From NCBI GenBank assembly GCA_964635515.1, contig CAZWNU010000001.1, forward strand, positions 5,068 to 69,067: a stretch of DNA of 64,000 nt. Reading direction: 5' to 3'. A program made the position numbers and the translations under genes. This stretch comes from an uncultured Gammaproteobacteria bacterium (lineage in GTDB: Bacteria > Patescibacteriota > Patescibacteriia > Patescibacteriales > JAGXOH01). The notes under the pieces were generated by a model, which saw only the letters and a program-made list of their open reading frames with translations, was not told the DNA's origin and made no database searches. The stretch's first letter is position 1. Each line of letters begins with the position of its first letter. Of this stretch, positions 27,479-36,781 are shown piece by piece.

Positions 27479-28186
27479 ATGATTTCAGTAATTATTCCTG
27501 TTTATAACCAAGGAGATAAGCTAACAAAAACGCTGGACAGCCTTGAAAGGCAAAGCTATCAAGATCTAGAGATAATAATAGTGAATGATGGATCTTCAGA
27601 TAATACTCAAAAAACGATAGAAGATCATGTGCCTGAAATGAAGAGGAGGGGAATGAATGTGAAAGTTTTTGTTCATAACAGAAACAAAGGAGCTCCTGCG
27701 GCCAGAAATGAAGGATTTAGAGCGTCTGAGGGTGAGTATCTGTTTTTTTGTGATGCTGATGCTATCTTGGAATCCCATGCCCTGGAAAAGATGTTAAATA
27801 CTATAAAGCAAGTTCCAGATACGAGTTATGTCTACTCCTCCTTTAAATGGGGAGCAAAAAAATTTCCAGTAGGAAGTTTTAGTGAAGAGAAATTAAAGCA
27901 AGGGCCCTGCATCCACACCATGGCCCTTATTAAAAGAAATGACTTTCCTGAATCGGGTTGGGACGAAAGCATTACCAAACTTCAGGATTGGGACTTATGG
28001 CTAACCATGTTAGATCAGGGCAAAAAGGGTTATTGGATAAATGAGGCTCTTTTTACTATAAGTCCTGGGGGGAATATAAGTTTCTGGATCCCATCTTTTT
28101 TTTACAAATTATTTCCCTTCCTGCCCTCTGTTAAAAAATATAAAAAGGCTGTAGAAAAAATCAAGAAAAAGCACGGCCTAAAATAA
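27479..28186 (+). CDS. Family 2 glycosyltransferase
   Basis: ISVIIPVYNQGDKLTKTLDSLERQSY...IIVNDGSSDNT, with DAD and QDWD-like motifs. Confidence 0.8.
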   Translation: MISVIIPVYNQGDKLTKTLDSLERQSYQDLEIIIVNDGSSDNTQKTIEDHVPEMKRRGMNVKVFVHNRNKGAPAARNEGFRASEGEYLFFCDADAILESHALEKMLNTIKQVPDTSYVYSSFKWGAKKFPVGSFSEEKLKQGPCIHTMALIKRNDFPESGWDESITKLQDWDLWLTMLDQGKKGYWINEALFTISPGGNISFWIPSFFYKLFPFLPSVKKYKKAVEKIKKKHGLK

Positions 28187-28197
28187 CCATTTATCCG

Positions 28198-28632
28198 ATG
28201 AAATTAACTAAAATTTTTCTAATTTTTATTATTTCTTTAATAATTTCGGGCTGCGGACCAGGGGCGGAAAAGGTATTAATAAAAATAAATGATCAAAAAA
28301 TAGAAGCAGAGATAGCTCAAACCCCAAGAGAAAAATACAAAGGCTTGAGCAAAAGAGAAGATCTTTGTTATAATTGTGGGATGCTGTTTCTTTTTTCAGA
28401 AAAAAGAAAAGCGACCATTGTTATGCGAGATATGAATTTTCCTCTAGATATTTTATGGATAAAAGATCAAAGAATTGTTGGGATAGACAAGAACGCGCCC
28501 CCGGAGGGAAGAAATCCTAAAACAAAATATCAAAGCTCACAACCAGTAGACCAAGTCTTGGAACTTAACGGAGGTTTCTGTGAAAAACATGATATAAAAG
28601 CAGGGGACAGTATTAAAATAATATCAAATTAA
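28198..28632 (+). CDS. DUF192 (COG1430) lipoprotein
   Basis: Lipobox (ISGCG) and the DUF192 core (MLFLFSE...IVMRDMNFPLDILWI). Confidence 0.65.
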   Translation: MKLTKIFLIFIISLIISGCGPGAEKVLIKINDQKIEAEIAQTPREKYKGLSKREDLCYNCGMLFLFSEKRKATIVMRDMNFPLDILWIKDQRIVGIDKNAPPEGRNPKTKYQSSQPVDQVLELNGGFCEKHDIKAGDSIKIISN

Positions 28633-30161
28633 TGAATAAAATAATCACTTCCAATTTTAAATTTATTCTTATCGCCCTCTTGTTGATAGAAAGTTTCTCT
28701 TTTCTGGGAAATTATTTTTCTTTTCTAGGAAATTATTTTTTTATAATTGTTTCTTTAATAGTACTATTCCTAACCTTAAAAGACATCCGATACGGTCTAT
28801 GGATAGTATTAGCCGAACTTCTTATCGGATCCCAAGGTTATTTATTCTCTCTCAATTTAGCGGGAACTTCTATTTCTATTAGAATGTCGATATGGTTTAT
28901 AGTATTGGCGGTTTGGTCATCTAAAATTCTAACTAATTTTTATAAAAAACCCCGAGGGGAGAGAACCTTTCCTAACATTAAATTATTCAAATCTTCTTAC
29001 TTTTCCTACCTTCTTATCCTATTCTTTTTTGTAGCCTGGGGAGGTATTAATGGCTTTATAAACAACAACTCTTTACACGAAATTCTATTTGACATCAACA
29101 GCTGGTTTTATTTGGCCCTAATATTTCCTTTGTATGAAGTGGCCTGGAAGGAAAACTTCTTTAAACCATTAGCGGAGATACTGTTAGCTTGCGCCATCTG
29201 GATCAGCCTAAAATCTTTGTTTATATTGTTTGTATTCTCTCATAATATTCACTCTTGGATGGGACCTTTGTACTCTTGGGTGAGAGATACGGGGGTGGGG
29301 GAGATAACCGCCATGGACGGTGGCTTCACCAGAGTGTTCTTTCAATCTCATATTTTTATTGTTATAGCCATATTTTTGGGAATTATACTTATAAACAAAG
29401 TTTTGACCTCAAAAAAAGAACTTTCCGGAGAAGATAAGAAATGGATACTTCTCTATTCCGCTATCCTTATTCTTTTTTCCTCGGTTGTAATTATTAGTTT
29501 TTCCAGAAGTTTTTGGATAGGTTCTATGGCTGGAATATTGTTCTTGTTAGCTATAGTTCAAAAAAAATACGGTTTTAAAAATTTAATTTTAAACATCTTA
29601 GGTATTTTTTCAATGGTTATACTCAGCCTAGGCTTGGTAGCGGCCATAATCAACATTCCTGTAATAGGAGAAAAAACTGACCTTAGAACATCAGAAAGCG
29701 TACGTGACAGAGCCAGAGATGTGTCTGGAGAGGCGGCTGTTTCTTCTCGCTGGAACCTACTTCCCAAAATGTGGGAGGAGATAAAAAGTGACCCTGTTTT
29801 GGGAAAGGGCTTTGGAACCACAATCACTTATATATCAAGTGACCCCAGAGCTTTACAAAGATCAGCTGAAGGCGAGTATACAACCTATGCCTTTGAGTGG
29901 GGTTGGCTTGACATATGGCTAAAGATCGGCTTTCTTGGACTTCTTTGCTACTTATTCCTTATAGCAAAAATGATCTTTGATGGCCTGGCCAAGCCTAAAT
30001 TGTTCAAGTCAACACTGGGCAACTGCCTGATAATAGGTTTAATGGTGTTCATAGTAGTCCATTTTTTTACACCCTACCTAAACCATCCTCTGGGCTTTGG
30101 GTTCTTAATGTTATCAATTATAGCCTTGAACAAATTAGAGGAAGACGGTATTATTACTTGA
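28632..30161 (+). CDS. O-antigen ligase/polymerase-like (Wzy_C-type) polytopic membrane protein
   Basis: At least 10 TM helices with a large periplasmic loop (residues ~345-410). Carries an in-frame 24-bp tandem duplication (FSFLGNYF x2). Confidence 0.4.
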   Translation: MNKIITSNFKFILIALLLIESFSFLGNYFSFLGNYFFIIVSLIVLFLTLKDIRYGLWIVLAELLIGSQGYLFSLNLAGTSISIRMSIWFIVLAVWSSKILTNFYKKPRGERTFPNIKLFKSSYFSYLLILFFFVAWGGINGFINNNSLHEILFDINSWFYLALIFPLYEVAWKENFFKPLAEILLACAIWISLKSLFILFVFSHNIHSWMGPLYSWVRDTGVGEITAMDGGFTRVFFQSHIFIVIAIFLGIILINKVLTSKKELSGEDKKWILLYSAILILFSSVVIISFSRSFWIGSMAGILFLLAIVQKKYGFKNLILNILGIFSMVILSLGLVAAIINIPVIGEKTDLRTSESVRDRARDVSGEAAVSSRWNLLPKMWEEIKSDPVLGKGFGTTITYISSDPRALQRSAEGEYTTYAFEWGWLDIWLKIGFLGLLCYLFLIAKMIFDGLAKPKLFKSTLGNCLIIGLMVFIVVHFFTPYLNHPLGFGFLMLSIIALNKLEEDGIIT

Positions 30162-30249
30162 CTTTACCAAAAATTTTTGTATAAATATTTGCACCAAAAC
30201 TAAGTTTAATGTATATTTTAAATTATATTAAAATTAAGGTTTAACAAAT

Positions 30250-30711
30250 ATGGCGAAAGAACAAATTATTTCACCCGAGGGTTATAAAAAATTAAAGGAA
30301 GAGTTAGACTATCTGACCAATGTCAAAAGAAAGGAAATAGCTGACAGAATTCAAAGAGCAAAGGAGCTTGGCGATCTTAGTGAAAACGCAGAATATCACG
30401 AGGCCAAAGACTCTCAGGCTTTTAACGAAGGGAGGATAGCGGAAATAAATAATTTGTTAAAAAATGTTAGCGTAATTGAGAACAACAACTCCAAAGGCCA
30501 GGTTGTTATGGGCTCCACGGTCACAATTACCGATGGAAAAAAAGAAAAGACCTATACCATAGTAAGTTTTAATGAAGCGGCTCCTGAAGAAGGAAAAATT
30601 TCCAATGAATCACCGATAGGAATGGCTCTTTTGAACAAGAAAAAAAATGAATCATTTACCATAGATACTCCCAGAGGAAAGAAAGAATTTAAGATCAAAA
30701 AAATAGATTAA
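30250..30711 (+). CDS. greA: Transcription elongation factor GreA
   Basis: GYKKLKEELDYL...ELGDLSENAEYHEAKD coiled-coil and a C-terminal FKBP-like domain. Confidence 0.85.
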   Translation: MAKEQIISPEGYKKLKEELDYLTNVKRKEIADRIQRAKELGDLSENAEYHEAKDSQAFNEGRIAEINNLLKNVSVIENNNSKGQVVMGSTVTITDGKKEKTYTIVSFNEAAPEEGKISNESPIGMALLNKKKNESFTIDTPRGKKEFKIKKID

Positions 30712-30807
30712 ACTTCATGGGCTCTAGAAAGTTGCTTGCTAGGCGACTGGGGCCAATCTCTAATCTTGAACCTTCTTAGAGTTTTAAGCGGAATAAACTT
30801 TAAACAA

Positions 30808-31149
30808 ATGAAAGAAAAAACCTTTTCTTTTAAAAGAGATAAGTATAAATCTGCTCGAGGTGGTTATTCCAGGTTGGTCAATGTTTACTGCAGGAAATGT
30901 GAGAATATTGTTTTAGTTTATCAAAAAGACGGCCCCGGAAATTTACGTAGATTATATTTAGATAGAGTTTTTTCTCCGAGTGAATTAACCGATTTGCAAA
31001 AATTAGATATTGACAAAATCCCCGCCCTAAAATGTAGAAAGTGCTCTGAAATTCTTGGAGCACCTTATATTTATCCAAAAGAAAAACGGAAAGCGTTTAG
31101 ATTATTCCAAGACTCGATAATCAAACGTTCTAGAAGATTAAAAGGATAA
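30808..31149 (+). CDS. Hypothetical basic protein with a CxxC...CxxC zinc ribbon
   Basis: CRKCENIV ... CRKCSEILG; the start is set at the first ATG (the ORF track opens at an upstream TTG at 30736). Confidence 0.35.
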   Translation: MKEKTFSFKRDKYKSARGGYSRLVNVYCRKCENIVLVYQKDGPGNLRRLYLDRVFSPSELTDLQKLDIDKIPALKCRKCSEILGAPYIYPKEKRKAFRLFQDSIIKRSRRLKG

Positions 31150-31255
31150 CAATAATGATCATATTACATCCAATAGCACTGTCTATTAAAATAGATTAAA
31201 AATGCTTCCTTTACTATGAATACTTAGTGGTTTTTTCTTAAATAATAATAAGCTT

Positions 31256-32011
31256 ATGGGATTTGAATCATGGCCATCATTTCAAAAGCCCTCTGAAAAA
31301 CCAAAAGAGAAAAAAAATCAGTCACAAAGGTTTAATCCGGAAACACGAAAAAACCAAGAAGAATCAGAGCTATATAAAAACGCGAGAAGTCAGTTCGGTA
31401 GCTTTTTTGACGAATTTAGTAACTCAAAAGAAAGGATAGATGCAATACTCGAAAGAATCGAGCCGTTTTTTCAGTATATTGACAAAGAAATCTTTCCTGA
31501 GGAAAAGGCAAGAAAAATTAAAACTGACCTGTTGGAATGTAAAAATATATCAGACAAACAACATTTTCTAGATAAAGTTATGGATATTTTGGAACCAGCT
31601 ATTCAAATAAAAGAGGCACATGAAGATAAATTTGAGGAAGCGCAGGCACATGCCATGAATGAGGCGGGGGGATTTATTGAGATAAACAGGCTGCTATCAT
31701 ATGGTAAGCATAAAAACATTATTCATATACATGCGCCTCCGGGCAAGTCTGTCGGGAATAAACTTAAATTGTATCGTGAAGGCATGAGAAAGCTAGCCGA
31801 AATTGTGGATAATGATCCTGAGATCGAAGAAATAACCGCCACCTCACCCATTGTTGCCGCACACCCCGGACTCTTCTCAAGAGCCGGATTTGAGGTGGGG
31901 GAGGTATCTGATGAGTTTCGTCAGGAGCATTTTGCCAGTGAAGAAAGGGAGATAAAGGTTGCCAAAATCGATCGGGAGGAATTTTTAAAAAGATTTTTGA
32001 AAAAGGAATAA
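31256..32011 (+). CDS. Hypothetical protein
   Basis: ORF only; no motif recognised. Confidence 0.4.
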   Translation: MGFESWPSFQKPSEKPKEKKNQSQRFNPETRKNQEESELYKNARSQFGSFFDEFSNSKERIDAILERIEPFFQYIDKEIFPEEKARKIKTDLLECKNISDKQHFLDKVMDILEPAIQIKEAHEDKFEEAQAHAMNEAGGFIEINRLLSYGKHKNIIHIHAPPGKSVGNKLKLYREGMRKLAEIVDNDPEIEEITATSPIVAAHPGLFSRAGFEVGEVSDEFRQEHFASEEREIKVAKIDREEFLKRFLKKE

Positions 32012-32032
32012 AAAAGTAGGGATATAAAAATT

Positions 32033-32563
32033 ATGAAGTTGAAAACATTGCTTAAGAAAAAATTATTTATACTGTTAATCTTGCCACCAGCTCTCTTTGC
32101 GGTGGGCTGTCAAAAAGACGGGGACCCGGTTATTGATGCCACCGACAATATAATCGATTCTCTTGAAACTAGAGATAAGGAACTTTTTGACAATCATGTG
32201 GACTTAGATTTTTTGGCAAAAAACATATCTACTTGGGCCATTGAAACGGCCCTGGAAAATGATGAAACTCTTCAAGAAAAAGGAAGGGAAGAAATTGAGA
32301 ATTTTTTCAAGGAGGAAGTTATCAGGGAAAATAAAGAAAGGCTTGTGAGAGAAACTGAGGAGTATTTCGATGGCACAAGAAATGATTTAATCGGACCTTT
32401 AAATTTTTTGCACGAAAATGGCAGGACGAATAGATCAAATAGTCATAAAGCAGGCTTGGCTCAGGTTGTTTATACCCCTCCTGAAGGAGTCGATGATAGT
32501 GAAAAGGCCTTTTTCTTTGAGTTAAGAAAAGATAATTGGGTTTTAATCAATGCCTGGGAATAA
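32033..32563 (+). CDS. Hypothetical lipoprotein
   Basis: Signal peptide plus lipobox (LFAVGC). Confidence 0.45.
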   Translation: MKLKTLLKKKLFILLILPPALFAVGCQKDGDPVIDATDNIIDSLETRDKELFDNHVDLDFLAKNISTWAIETALENDETLQEKGREEIENFFKEEVIRENKERLVRETEEYFDGTRNDLIGPLNFLHENGRTNRSNSHKAGLAQVVYTPPEGVDDSEKAFFFELRKDNWVLINAWE

Positions 32564-32687
32564 AATTGAACTTCTTATATAGTTTTGATTTTTTAACCTT
32601 TTTTAAAGAGAGAGATTTTTTCTCTTTTTTTTATTTTCCAAACAGTAGAGTGGACGGATTGGATTGTTAATTTTAATGAAATCAAGT

Positions 32688-32718
32688 AAAAAAAAGAGGC
32701 TAGGTAAATCCAAGCCCC
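32688..32718 (-). terminator. Intrinsic terminator for the sigma factor gene
   Basis: On the minus strand: GGCTTGG-attta-CCTAGCC followed by TCTTTTTTTT. Confidence 0.5.
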
Positions 32719-32739
32719 TTTACAACGTTCAAATCCACA

Positions 32740-33714
32740 TTAGAAGACCCCTTCTTTTTCATCTACCTCTTCTTCTGCTTGACTGAAGAGAAGAGGATCT
32801 TCTTCTTTCCTAAGCCTATAGAGTTTTTTGTAGATGCCCTCCTCCAATTTCCTGATCATTTCTCTGGATAGGCGCAACTTCTCGCCCAATTCTCGAAGCG
32901 TCAACCTCTCATCGCAGCAAATTCGATAATCAAATATGGTTATCTCTCTTTCGGAAAGTGTCTCCCGAAAACGATCTAACATAGCGACGCCTTTCTCTCT
33001 GAGGTCATTATTGAGAACAACCTCCTCTATATCCAGGTCAGAAGCTAAAAATTCAATCCAGGATGAGTCACTATTTCTTGAAATAGGGACATCAAGAGAC
33101 AGTTCGCTTACCAAGATCTCCTCCATTTCGCGAACCTTTTCCACGTCAACTCCTAAGTTTTCAGCTATTATCTCAGCGCTCGGCTCTATCCCGAGCTTTA
33201 TCAATCTGTTTTTTTCAGGTCCTATCTTGTAAAAAAGACTTCTTTTATCTTGGTCTTTTTTAACCTTTACCAATCTCCAATTGTCGGAGATATGCTTGAA
33301 GATGTAAGATTTGATCCAGAAAGAGGCATAATAAGAAAACTTCACCTTTCTTTCAGTGTCATACTTTTTTACTGCTTGAATCAGGCCTTCATTGCCCGAC
33401 TGGATTAGATCCATCAAAGATAAATGACCCTTTCCACGGTAACAATCAATGGCCATCCTCACTACTAGTCGCAGCGTGGATTGGATAATCGATTCTTTTG
33501 CCTTCTCATCTCCTTCTTCTCTGTAATTTCTAAAAGCCTCTAGTATTTCCTCTTGACTCAATATCGGGTGAGATTCAACATCTCTTAGGTATGCCTGGAG
33601 TAGATCGTTTTTGCTTCCCCGACTATTCATTGAAGTTATCCCAGAAAAACTTTTCCTCCTGGTCTTTAGACTCTTGAAAGTGTTTCTAGTTGGCTTTCGC
33701 CGGCAATCACTCAT
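32740..33714 (-). CDS. Sigma-70 family RNA polymerase sigma factor (compact RpoD/SigA-like)
   Basis: Region 2 (DLIQSGNEGLIQAVKKYDTERKVKFSYYASFWIKSYI), region 3 and region 4 (LTLRELGEKLRLSREMIRKLE). Confidence 0.85.
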   Translation of the reverse strand: MSDCRRKPTRNTFKSLKTRRKSFSGITSMNSRGSKNDLLQAYLRDVESHPILSQEEILEAFRNYREEGDEKAKESIIQSTLRLVVRMAIDCYRGKGHLSLMDLIQSGNEGLIQAVKKYDTERKVKFSYYASFWIKSYIFKHISDNWRLVKVKKDQDKRSLFYKIGPEKNRLIKLGIEPSAEIIAENLGVDVEKVREMEEILVSELSLDVPISRNSDSSWIEFLASDLDIEEVVLNNDLREKGVAMLDRFRETLSEREITIFDYRICCDERLTLRELGEKLRLSREMIRKLEEGIYKKLYRLRKEEDPLLFSQAEEEVDEKEGVF

Positions 33715-33793
33715 TAACTCCTCCTCTTTTTTTGGCGAGTTTAAACGTTAAGTAAAATTTTTTAAAAGAACATCATTAATGTATAATTAATAT

Positions 33794-33822
33794 ATTATAC
33801 TTTAAAAATCTTAAAATGTCAA
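33794..33822 (-). promoter_or_regulatory. Consensus sigma-70 promoter (TTGACA-17-TATAAT) for the sigma factor gene
   Basis: On the minus strand: TTGACA (33822-33817), a 17-nt spacer and TATAAT (33799-33794). Confidence 0.55.
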
Positions 33823-33878
33823 ATCTCTGACCAAATCCTAAAATTGCGAACAAAGGTAAGAATCGCTTGACATTTTAA
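33811..33878. promoter_or_regulatory. Perfect 12-bp inverted repeat, TTAAAATGTCAA ... TTGACATTTTAA, spanning the sigma-factor promoter
   Basis: The arms are at 33811-33822 and 33867-33878; the left arm overlaps the -35 element. Confidence 0.4.
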
Positions 33879-33930
33879 AACAGCCACTGGTTACAACCCA
33901 TATTTTGGATTTTTTCTCTCGAGTATTATT

Positions 33931-33959
33931 TTGACAATCTCCAATAAATACAGTAGAAT
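33931..33959 (+). promoter_or_regulatory. Sigma-70-like promoter (TTGACA-17-TAGAAT) for lysS
   Basis: TTGACA at 33931-33936 and TAGAAT at 33954-33959. Confidence 0.45.
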
Positions 33960-33989
33960 AAAAACTATCTAATAAATGATTAAGCTTAT

Positions 33990-35483
33990 ATGGGCCAAAA
34001 AGTTAAAGACGATGACCAGGTAAATGAACTAATGGGGGAGAGGGACATTAGGATCAAAAAAATAGAAGAGTTGAAAAAACTGGGAATAACCCCTTATCCG
34101 TCAAAAGCTAACAGAACTCATACTATCAAGCAGGTCAAGAATAATTTTTTTAAACTTGAAAAACAAAAAAGCCTGGCAACTGTCACCGGAAGATTAAGAA
34201 ACAAAAGGAGTCATGGAAATTTGTCCTTTGCCCAAATTCAAGATGAATCGGGTCAGATGCAGCTGGTTTTTTCTAAAAAAGACATGGACGCCGATAACTA
34301 TAAGACCTTGAGCAAACTCATAGACTCAGGTGATTTTATTGAAGTTTCAGGGCACTGTTTTGTAACCCATAAAGGAGAAGAAAGTATCATGGTCAAAGAC
34401 TGGAAGATACTGTCTAAGGCTATTCTACCCCTGCCCGAAAAGTGGCATGGCCTAAAAAACGAAGAAGAAAAATTCCGAAAAAGATATTTGGACATCCTGG
34501 TCAATCCGGAAGTAAGAGAAATGATAGAAAAAAAGGCTGTGTTCTGGCAATCTATAAGGAATTTTCTGATTCAAAAGGGTTTTTTAGAAGTAGAAACACC
34601 GGCCTTGGAAGTGACCCCTGGAGGGGCTGACGCTGATCCTTTTATAACCTACCACAAGGCCCTAGATCTGGAGGTCTATCTTCGTATATCAATGGGAGAA
34701 TTATGGCAAAAAAGGCTGATGGTGGCCGGTTTTGAAAAAACTTTTGAAATAGGAAGGCAGTTCAGAAATGAGGGAATGGATGCCGAACATCTGCAGGACT
34801 ACACCCAAATGGAACTTTATTGGGCCTACGCCGACCATGAAGACGGTATGGCCTTGACGGAAGAAATGTTTAAATATGTGGCCAAAGAAACTTTTGGGAC
34901 CCTAAAATTCAAAATCAAGGAATTTGAAGTAGACCTGGGAAAAAAATGGGAAATCTATGACTACAGAAAAACAGTAAAGAGTTACACCGGAGTAGACATC
35001 CTAAAAACCTCAGAAAAGGAGATAAAGGAAAAGCTGGAAGAGTTGAAAGTATCCTATGATGAGAAAGGTTTTAATCTCGGCAGAGGCATTGATAGTTTAT
35101 GGAAATATTGCAGAAAGAAGATTGCCGGACCCGGTTTTTTGGTCGGAGTTCCCAAATCTGTTTCACCCCTGGCTAAACAGGACCCGGACAATCCAGAACT
35201 AACCTTGAGATTTCAACCTCTGATCGCCGGGTCAGAGCTTGGTAACGGCTACAGCGAACTCAACGACCCAATGGATCAAGCAGAAAGATTTAAAAAACAG
35301 CAAGAGCTCAGAGATAGTGGAGATGAGGAGGCTCAAATGCATGACAAGGAGTTTGTGGAAGCCTTAGAACACGGAATGCCTCCCACTTGCGGTTTTGGAG
35401 TAAGTGAAAGACTTTTTTCCTTTTTAATGGACAAATCGATGAGAGAGTGTCAGATTTTTCCTTTAATGAAACCTAAGCAATAA
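33990..35483 (+). CDS. lysS: Lysyl-tRNA synthetase (class II)
   Basis: OB-fold anticodon-binding N-terminus and class II motifs (FRNEG, GxGxGxxR-like GFGVSERL). Confidence 0.9.
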   Translation: MGQKVKDDDQVNELMGERDIRIKKIEELKKLGITPYPSKANRTHTIKQVKNNFFKLEKQKSLATVTGRLRNKRSHGNLSFAQIQDESGQMQLVFSKKDMDADNYKTLSKLIDSGDFIEVSGHCFVTHKGEESIMVKDWKILSKAILPLPEKWHGLKNEEEKFRKRYLDILVNPEVREMIEKKAVFWQSIRNFLIQKGFLEVETPALEVTPGGADADPFITYHKALDLEVYLRISMGELWQKRLMVAGFEKTFEIGRQFRNEGMDAEHLQDYTQMELYWAYADHEDGMALTEEMFKYVAKETFGTLKFKIKEFEVDLGKKWEIYDYRKTVKSYTGVDILKTSEKEIKEKLEELKVSYDEKGFNLGRGIDSLWKYCRKKIAGPGFLVGVPKSVSPLAKQDPDNPELTLRFQPLIAGSELGNGYSELNDPMDQAERFKKQQELRDSGDEEAQMHDKEFVEALEHGMPPTCGFGVSERLFSFLMDKSMRECQIFPLMKPKQ

Positions 35484-35494
35484 AATAATAAATT

Positions 35495-36256
35495 ATGTGG
35501 GATATTCATAAAACTTCTTTTATAGGAGGGAGAGTATCCATGGAGGATAGCCTTTGTTTGTTAACCGAATTCAATAACAATCCGGATTGGATTTTTGGTG
35601 GAATTTATGATGGCCATGGGGGAGCGGGGATAGCACACCAGGCTGCTCGAAAAATACCAAATTTATTTTTAGACAAAATTAAGTCCGGATTAAGAAAGGA
35701 AGAGGCCTTTAGCAAATCCTATCAAGAGTTTTCAGATGAGCATGTTTATCAATTAGTAGGCGCTTCTGCTTTATCTTTTTTACTAGAAAACAAGAAAGAA
35801 ATAACTATTGCCAATACCGGGAATAGCAGAATGATAAGGGTTGACCCTGAAGGAAGGGTAAAACAATTAACACAGGATCATAGCCTCAACAACCAAGAAG
35901 AACGAGAGAGGGTTAAGAAGGCAGGAGCTGAAATTAAAAAAAATCATATTTTTAAGCAGGGCCAAACTCTGGAATCCACTCGAAGTCTAAGCTGTCATCA
36001 CTTCAAAGATGTTGGTGTTATTTCAGAGCCAGAAATAACTTTATTAAAAAAAATACCGGAAAAAGGAAGTTTCTTTATAGCCGCCAGTGACGGTCTTTGG
36101 AAGGAACTAAACAACAAACAAGTTTCTATTTTGGTCAAAAAAGCGAAATCAGCCAAGGAGGCGAACAACAGAGTGCTAAATTTCCTAAAAAAGAAAAAGG
36201 AGGGTAAAATATTAGGTGAGTTAGATAACGTTAGCATAATAACATTAAAAAATTAA
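35495..36256 (+). CDS. PP2C-family Ser/Thr protein phosphatase
   Basis: GGIYDGHGGAGIAHQAARK and the DG..(D/N) metal-binding motifs (ASDGLW). Confidence 0.75.
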   Translation: MWDIHKTSFIGGRVSMEDSLCLLTEFNNNPDWIFGGIYDGHGGAGIAHQAARKIPNLFLDKIKSGLRKEEAFSKSYQEFSDEHVYQLVGASALSFLLENKKEITIANTGNSRMIRVDPEGRVKQLTQDHSLNNQEERERVKKAGAEIKKNHIFKQGQTLESTRSLSCHHFKDVGVISEPEITLLKKIPEKGSFFIAASDGLWKELNNKQVSILVKKAKSAKEANNRVLNFLKKKKEGKILGELDNVSIITLKN

Positions 36257-36264
36257 GTGTTTAC

Positions 36265-36660
36265 ATGCATCAAAGTGTAGGAGTGTTAATAAAAAACGAA
36301 AAAAGTGAAATATTAATGCTTTCCAGAAAGAATTACCCCTACGGCTGGGCCTGTCCGGCCGGCCATATAGACCAAGGAGAGGGGCCGGAGGAAGCGGCGC
36401 ATAGAGAAGTAAGAGAAGAAACTGAAATAATTTTGAAAGAAATTCATAAATTATTTCAGGAATTCATACCTTGGAATGAATGTTCTCAAGGAGTAAAAGG
36501 CCACTATTGGCATGTATATCAGGCCAAATCATGGCTTGGTGAGATAAAAGAGAAAGACAAAGAAGCCGATGTTATAAAATGGGTAAAACAAGGAGAGTTA
36601 AAAAAATTAAAGTTAGAACCAGTTTGGCAATACTGGTTTCAAAAATTAAATATTTTATAA
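36265..36660 (+). CDS. Nudix hydrolase
   Basis: Nudix box GHIDQGEGPEEAAHREVREETEI. Confidence 0.8.
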   Translation: MHQSVGVLIKNEKSEILMLSRKNYPYGWACPAGHIDQGEGPEEAAHREVREETEIILKEIHKLFQEFIPWNECSQGVKGHYWHVYQAKSWLGEIKEKDKEADVIKWVKQGELKKLKLEPVWQYWFQKLNIL

Positions 36661-36781
36661 AATATGAACCCCGCACCTCCTACAAAATTAATACTGACCG
36701 GAAACTCATCCCCCTGGTGTGGGGGTAGGCTTTTATATAATCAAAAAAGAATTAAAAATATTAAACAATAAAAAGAAATAT

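Noticed and set aside
28686-28733. Short tandem repeat that could be mistaken for a mini CRISPR or VNTR
   Set aside because: It is a single in-frame 24-bp duplication inside a membrane-protein gene (FSFLGNYF x2), not an array.
36661-36781. Possible T-box riboswitch upstream of serS
   Set aside because: There is only a short GC hairpin (CCCCC-tggtgt-GGGGG) and an AT-rich promoter-like tract. No T-box conserved sequence or specifier/antiterminator architecture was seen, and the leader is far too short.
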